From positions 2,688,001 to 2,752,000 of the forward strand of contig CAVWVQ010000003.1 of assembly GCA_963758525.1 (NCBI GenBank): 64,000 nt of DNA, written 5' to 3'. The stretch comes from an uncultured Phycisphaerales bacterium (GTDB taxonomy: Bacteria > Planctomycetota > Phycisphaerae > Tepidisphaerales > Tepidisphaeraceae). The translations under genes and the position numbers were made by a program. The notes under the pieces were generated by a model, which saw nothing but the letters and a program-made list of their open reading frames with translations, searched no databases and had not been told where the DNA came from. Each line of letters begins with the position of its first letter. Within the stretch, counting starts at the first letter, position 1. Below are positions 61,756 through 64,000 of this stretch, in pieces.

Positions 61756-62316
61756 CTAAAGCTTCCGGTCGAGCAGCCGGTATTGCACCGCTTCGGCAAA
61801 ATGGCTTTCCGCGATGCATTCGCTCTGGTCCAGATTGGCGATAGTCCGCGCGATGCGGACGGCGACGGTGAAGGCCCGGGCGGAGAGGCCCAGCTCGTCA
61901 TATGCCTGTTTGCCCAACAACAGGACGCTATCGGAGAGCGTCAGATCCTTATGCTTGGTTCCCCATTTCACCGCCGCATCCACCTGCTTGCCGATATGCG
62001 CCGAGTCCGTGCCGGGGCGCTTGGAAATGAGTTCGCGGTAGGGGACTGGGGGCACTTCGACGTGGATGTCATGCTGCATGTGCTGCCGGAATAACTGTGT
62101 GCGCTCCGGATCTCGCAGATCGTTGGTGATCTCAGCTATCTCAATGTCCCTGATTCCTTTCGCTGCCTGTGCCAGCATTGTCTTGCCATGACCGCTGGGA
62201 CCAATCAGCACGACCGAATGGTTGCCCGCCAGGGCGATGATCAAGGCACGCTTGACCGCTTCCTGGGATCGAACTTCCGCAAAATCAATGCGCGGAGAAT
62301 CTCTGTCTTCCGACAT
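61756..62316 (-). CDS. Shortened ComM/YifB (Mg-chelatase-like) ATPase
   Basis: DFAEVRSQEAVKRAL..GPSGHGKTMLA joined to LGLSARA..RIARTIANL..AEAVQYR; AAAGGA RBS. Confidence 0.85.
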   Translation of the reverse strand: MSEDRDSPRIDFAEVRSQEAVKRALIIALAGNHSVVLIGPSGHGKTMLAQAAKGIRDIEIAEITNDLRDPERTQLFRQHMQHDIHVEVPPVPYRELISKRPGTDSAHIGKQVDAAVKWGTKHKDLTLSDSVLLLGKQAYDELGLSARAFTVAVRIARTIANLDQSECIAESHFAEAVQYRLLDRKL

Positions 62317-62379
62317 GGTGGTTTCCTTTGCCGCTGACGCGGCGAACGAGAAGGTTGAAAAGCCGCCCGCTCACGGCCG

Positions 62380-62775
62380 TCATGGTTCTTCCGGCCAGCG
62401 AGCGTCGGGCATCAGCCCGGCGTGTTGCAGACGCGATATGGACGCAAAAAGCTCCGTTGGTGGGTCGCCCGTCGACAGACCGCCAGAGATCAGGAGAACA
62501 ACACCCGGTCCCCCCGCAACACTGGCGGCGTCACGGCGCTTATGTCCCAGTGCCGCCTCAATGGCGGCAATGTCGCTGAGCAAGAGTTGCCGGTACTCGT
62601 CGAGCTCAGTGTATTCACCGCCCAATTCCTTGTTGATCGCCTCGAAATGCTTCTGGTCGAGTTCTTCAATCGCGCGTCTGGCCTGAGCGATCGCTGAGCA
62701 GGCCCACTGTTGATCTATTCCGAATTCGTGAATGGCTTTGAACCCGATTGACCGGACGAACATGTCTGCGCCCAC
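62380..62775 (-). CDS. Hypothetical protein, tandem paralogue B
   Basis: AAAGGAG RBS; aligns end-to-end with 62873-63262. Confidence 0.8.
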   Translation of the reverse strand: MGADMFVRSIGFKAIHEFGIDQQWACSAIAQARRAIEELDQKHFEAINKELGGEYTELDEYRQLLLSDIAAIEAALGHKRRDAASVAGGPGVVLLISGGLSTGDPPTELFASISRLQHAGLMPDARWPEEP

Positions 62776-62872
62776 GTCAGGCTCCTTTCAATTTTGGTTG
62801 TCGCCGGTGGTTTCCGCGCAGCACTTCAGTTGTGATGGAGGTTCCAACGCCGCGCGGTTACGGCTCTCACGG

Positions 62873-63262
62873 TTAAGTGGGCCAGCGAGCGTCGGGCATC
62901 ACCTCGGCGTGATGCAGGCGGGAGATCGACTCAAACAGTTCGCTCGGCGCGTCGCCCCACGACAGACCGCCCGAAACCAGAAGAACGACGCCGGATCCCC
63001 CCGCAATGAAAGTGGCGTCACGGCGGTCATCGGCCAGCCCCTCCTCAACCGTGGCGACATCGCTGAGCAGAAGTTGCTTATACTGCGTGAGATCAGTGTA
63101 TTCGCCGCACATCTCTTCGTTGATCGCCTCGAAACGTGCCTGTTCGAGAGCGGCAATTGCGCGCTTGGCCTGAGCAATCGCTGAGCGGGCTTGCCTCCGA
63201 TCCAGCTTGAACCCGCGGTTGGCTTTGAACCCGATTGACTGCAGCAGTGTGCCTGCACCCAT
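62873..63262 (-). CDS. Hypothetical protein, tandem paralogue A
   Basis: AAAGGAG RBS; VSGGLSWGDAPSELFESI. Confidence 0.8.
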   Translation of the reverse strand: MGAGTLLQSIGFKANRGFKLDRRQARSAIAQAKRAIAALEQARFEAINEEMCGEYTDLTQYKQLLLSDVATVEEGLADDRRDATFIAGGSGVVLLVSGGLSWGDAPSELFESISRLHHAEVMPDARWPT

Positions 63263-63272
63263 GTTGCTCCTT

Positions 63273-64000
63273 TCAGTTGTCGTCGTCAGAGGAGTTAGCC
63301 CGGTACTTGAGCTGCGACAGACGGCAATCGGTCGCTGCCACGTCATCGCGCACCCCGAGACATACAGGTTGATACAGACTGCCGCCCGGGTAGGCATACA
63401 AATAGCGTATCTCGATGATCTGGCCGGCGGCAGGAATATCCTGGTTGGCGGGAATGGTGACATTGCCGACAGCGACCCGGCGTGCCTCACCGTCGAGCAG
63501 CTCCAGCTTCACGCTCCGCTTGCTGCCGTTCGTGCCGGCGACAACGCAAGATGCCGTTGCCGTGAATTTGAGCTTGAACTGACTGCCGCCACTGTTGGGC
63601 CGGCCCGGCGTGTACGGCGCTGACCTGTCCTTGAAAACCACGCCTTCCCTCCTCTCCCGCTTCAGCCGTTCCAGCATCGCCCGCTTCGGCTTTGTGCCGC
63701 TGGCAGATTCGACATACCGCAGGCCATCGGCCGCAACACCGTCAACAAGGTCCAGCAACATCGTATGACGGATGGAGTAGCGACTGGCCCTCACATCAGT
63801 ACCACCGGCGTACAGGAGATCGAAGGCGTGGTAGATGTCGCCCACGACTTCGCCGTCGAGCAGGCAATCCGTGACGCTCAAGAGCTGGACGGCCTCGGCG
63901 ATCGGCAACGGCAGGCAGGTGGTCAGGCCCTTGCGGTTGATGGCCGTCACCGTGTTTCCGTGCTTGCGGATCAGTATCCTGCAACCGTCGTGCTTTTCCT
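63273..64000 (-). CDS. ATP-dependent DNA ligase (5' end outside the window)
   Basis: EKHDG at the window edge; LLDGEV, AFDLL, EGVVFK, KLKF; OB fold ending LYQPVCLGVRDD. Confidence 0.9.
   Translation of the reverse strand, partial: EKHDGCRILIRKHGNTVTAINRKGLTTCLPLPIAEAVQLLSVTDCLLDGEVVGDIYHAFDLLYAGGTDVRASRYSIRHTMLLDLVDGVAADGLRYVESASGTKPKRAMLERLKRERREGVVFKDRSAPYTPGRPNSGGSQFKLKFTATASCVVAGTNGSKRSVKLELLDGEARRVAVGNVTIPANQDIPAAGQIIEIRYLYAYPGGSLYQPVCLGVRDDVAATDCRLSQLKYRANSSDDDN

Overview
GC-rich accessory region, most likely from a planctomycete (Phycisphaerae/Tepidisphaerales-like). This is inferred from gene content: a PEP-CTERM autotransporter-repeat protein, an ECF sigma-FecR-prepilin locus, DUF4159 and CxxCGY(D/S)L..CPEC membrane proteins. 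0.5-28 kb holds carbohydrate-active genes and gene fragments, a ~5.5 kb diverged direct duplication (2862-8353 / 22727-28209), IS630 and IS66 remnants, and an intact IS110-family (IS1111-like) element. 28-51 kb holds two-component genes, an XRE-controlled exported/protease operon, Ku, NucA/NuiA and decayed paralogues. 51-64 kb is a minus-strand MGE-like module (ATP-dependent ligase, mini-ComM, DUF1257/DUF2997/AAA ATPase, clamp-like protein, GHKL-HExxH protein) carrying a ClC channel and a group II intron remnant. The highlight is the IS110 element (18499-20193), which sits exactly at the A|F prepilin-peptidase cleavage site of a pilin-like gene. Its 3' non-coding region contains readable bridge-RNA-like donor and target guides, and the target guide spells Phe-Thr-Leu codons with wobble at third positions. 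Its end rebuilds an in-frame basic leader ending [13 protein letters not shown], so the insertion may be silent at the protein level. Many single-base frameshifts look like long-read consensus errors. No rRNA, tRNA or CRISPR array was seen.
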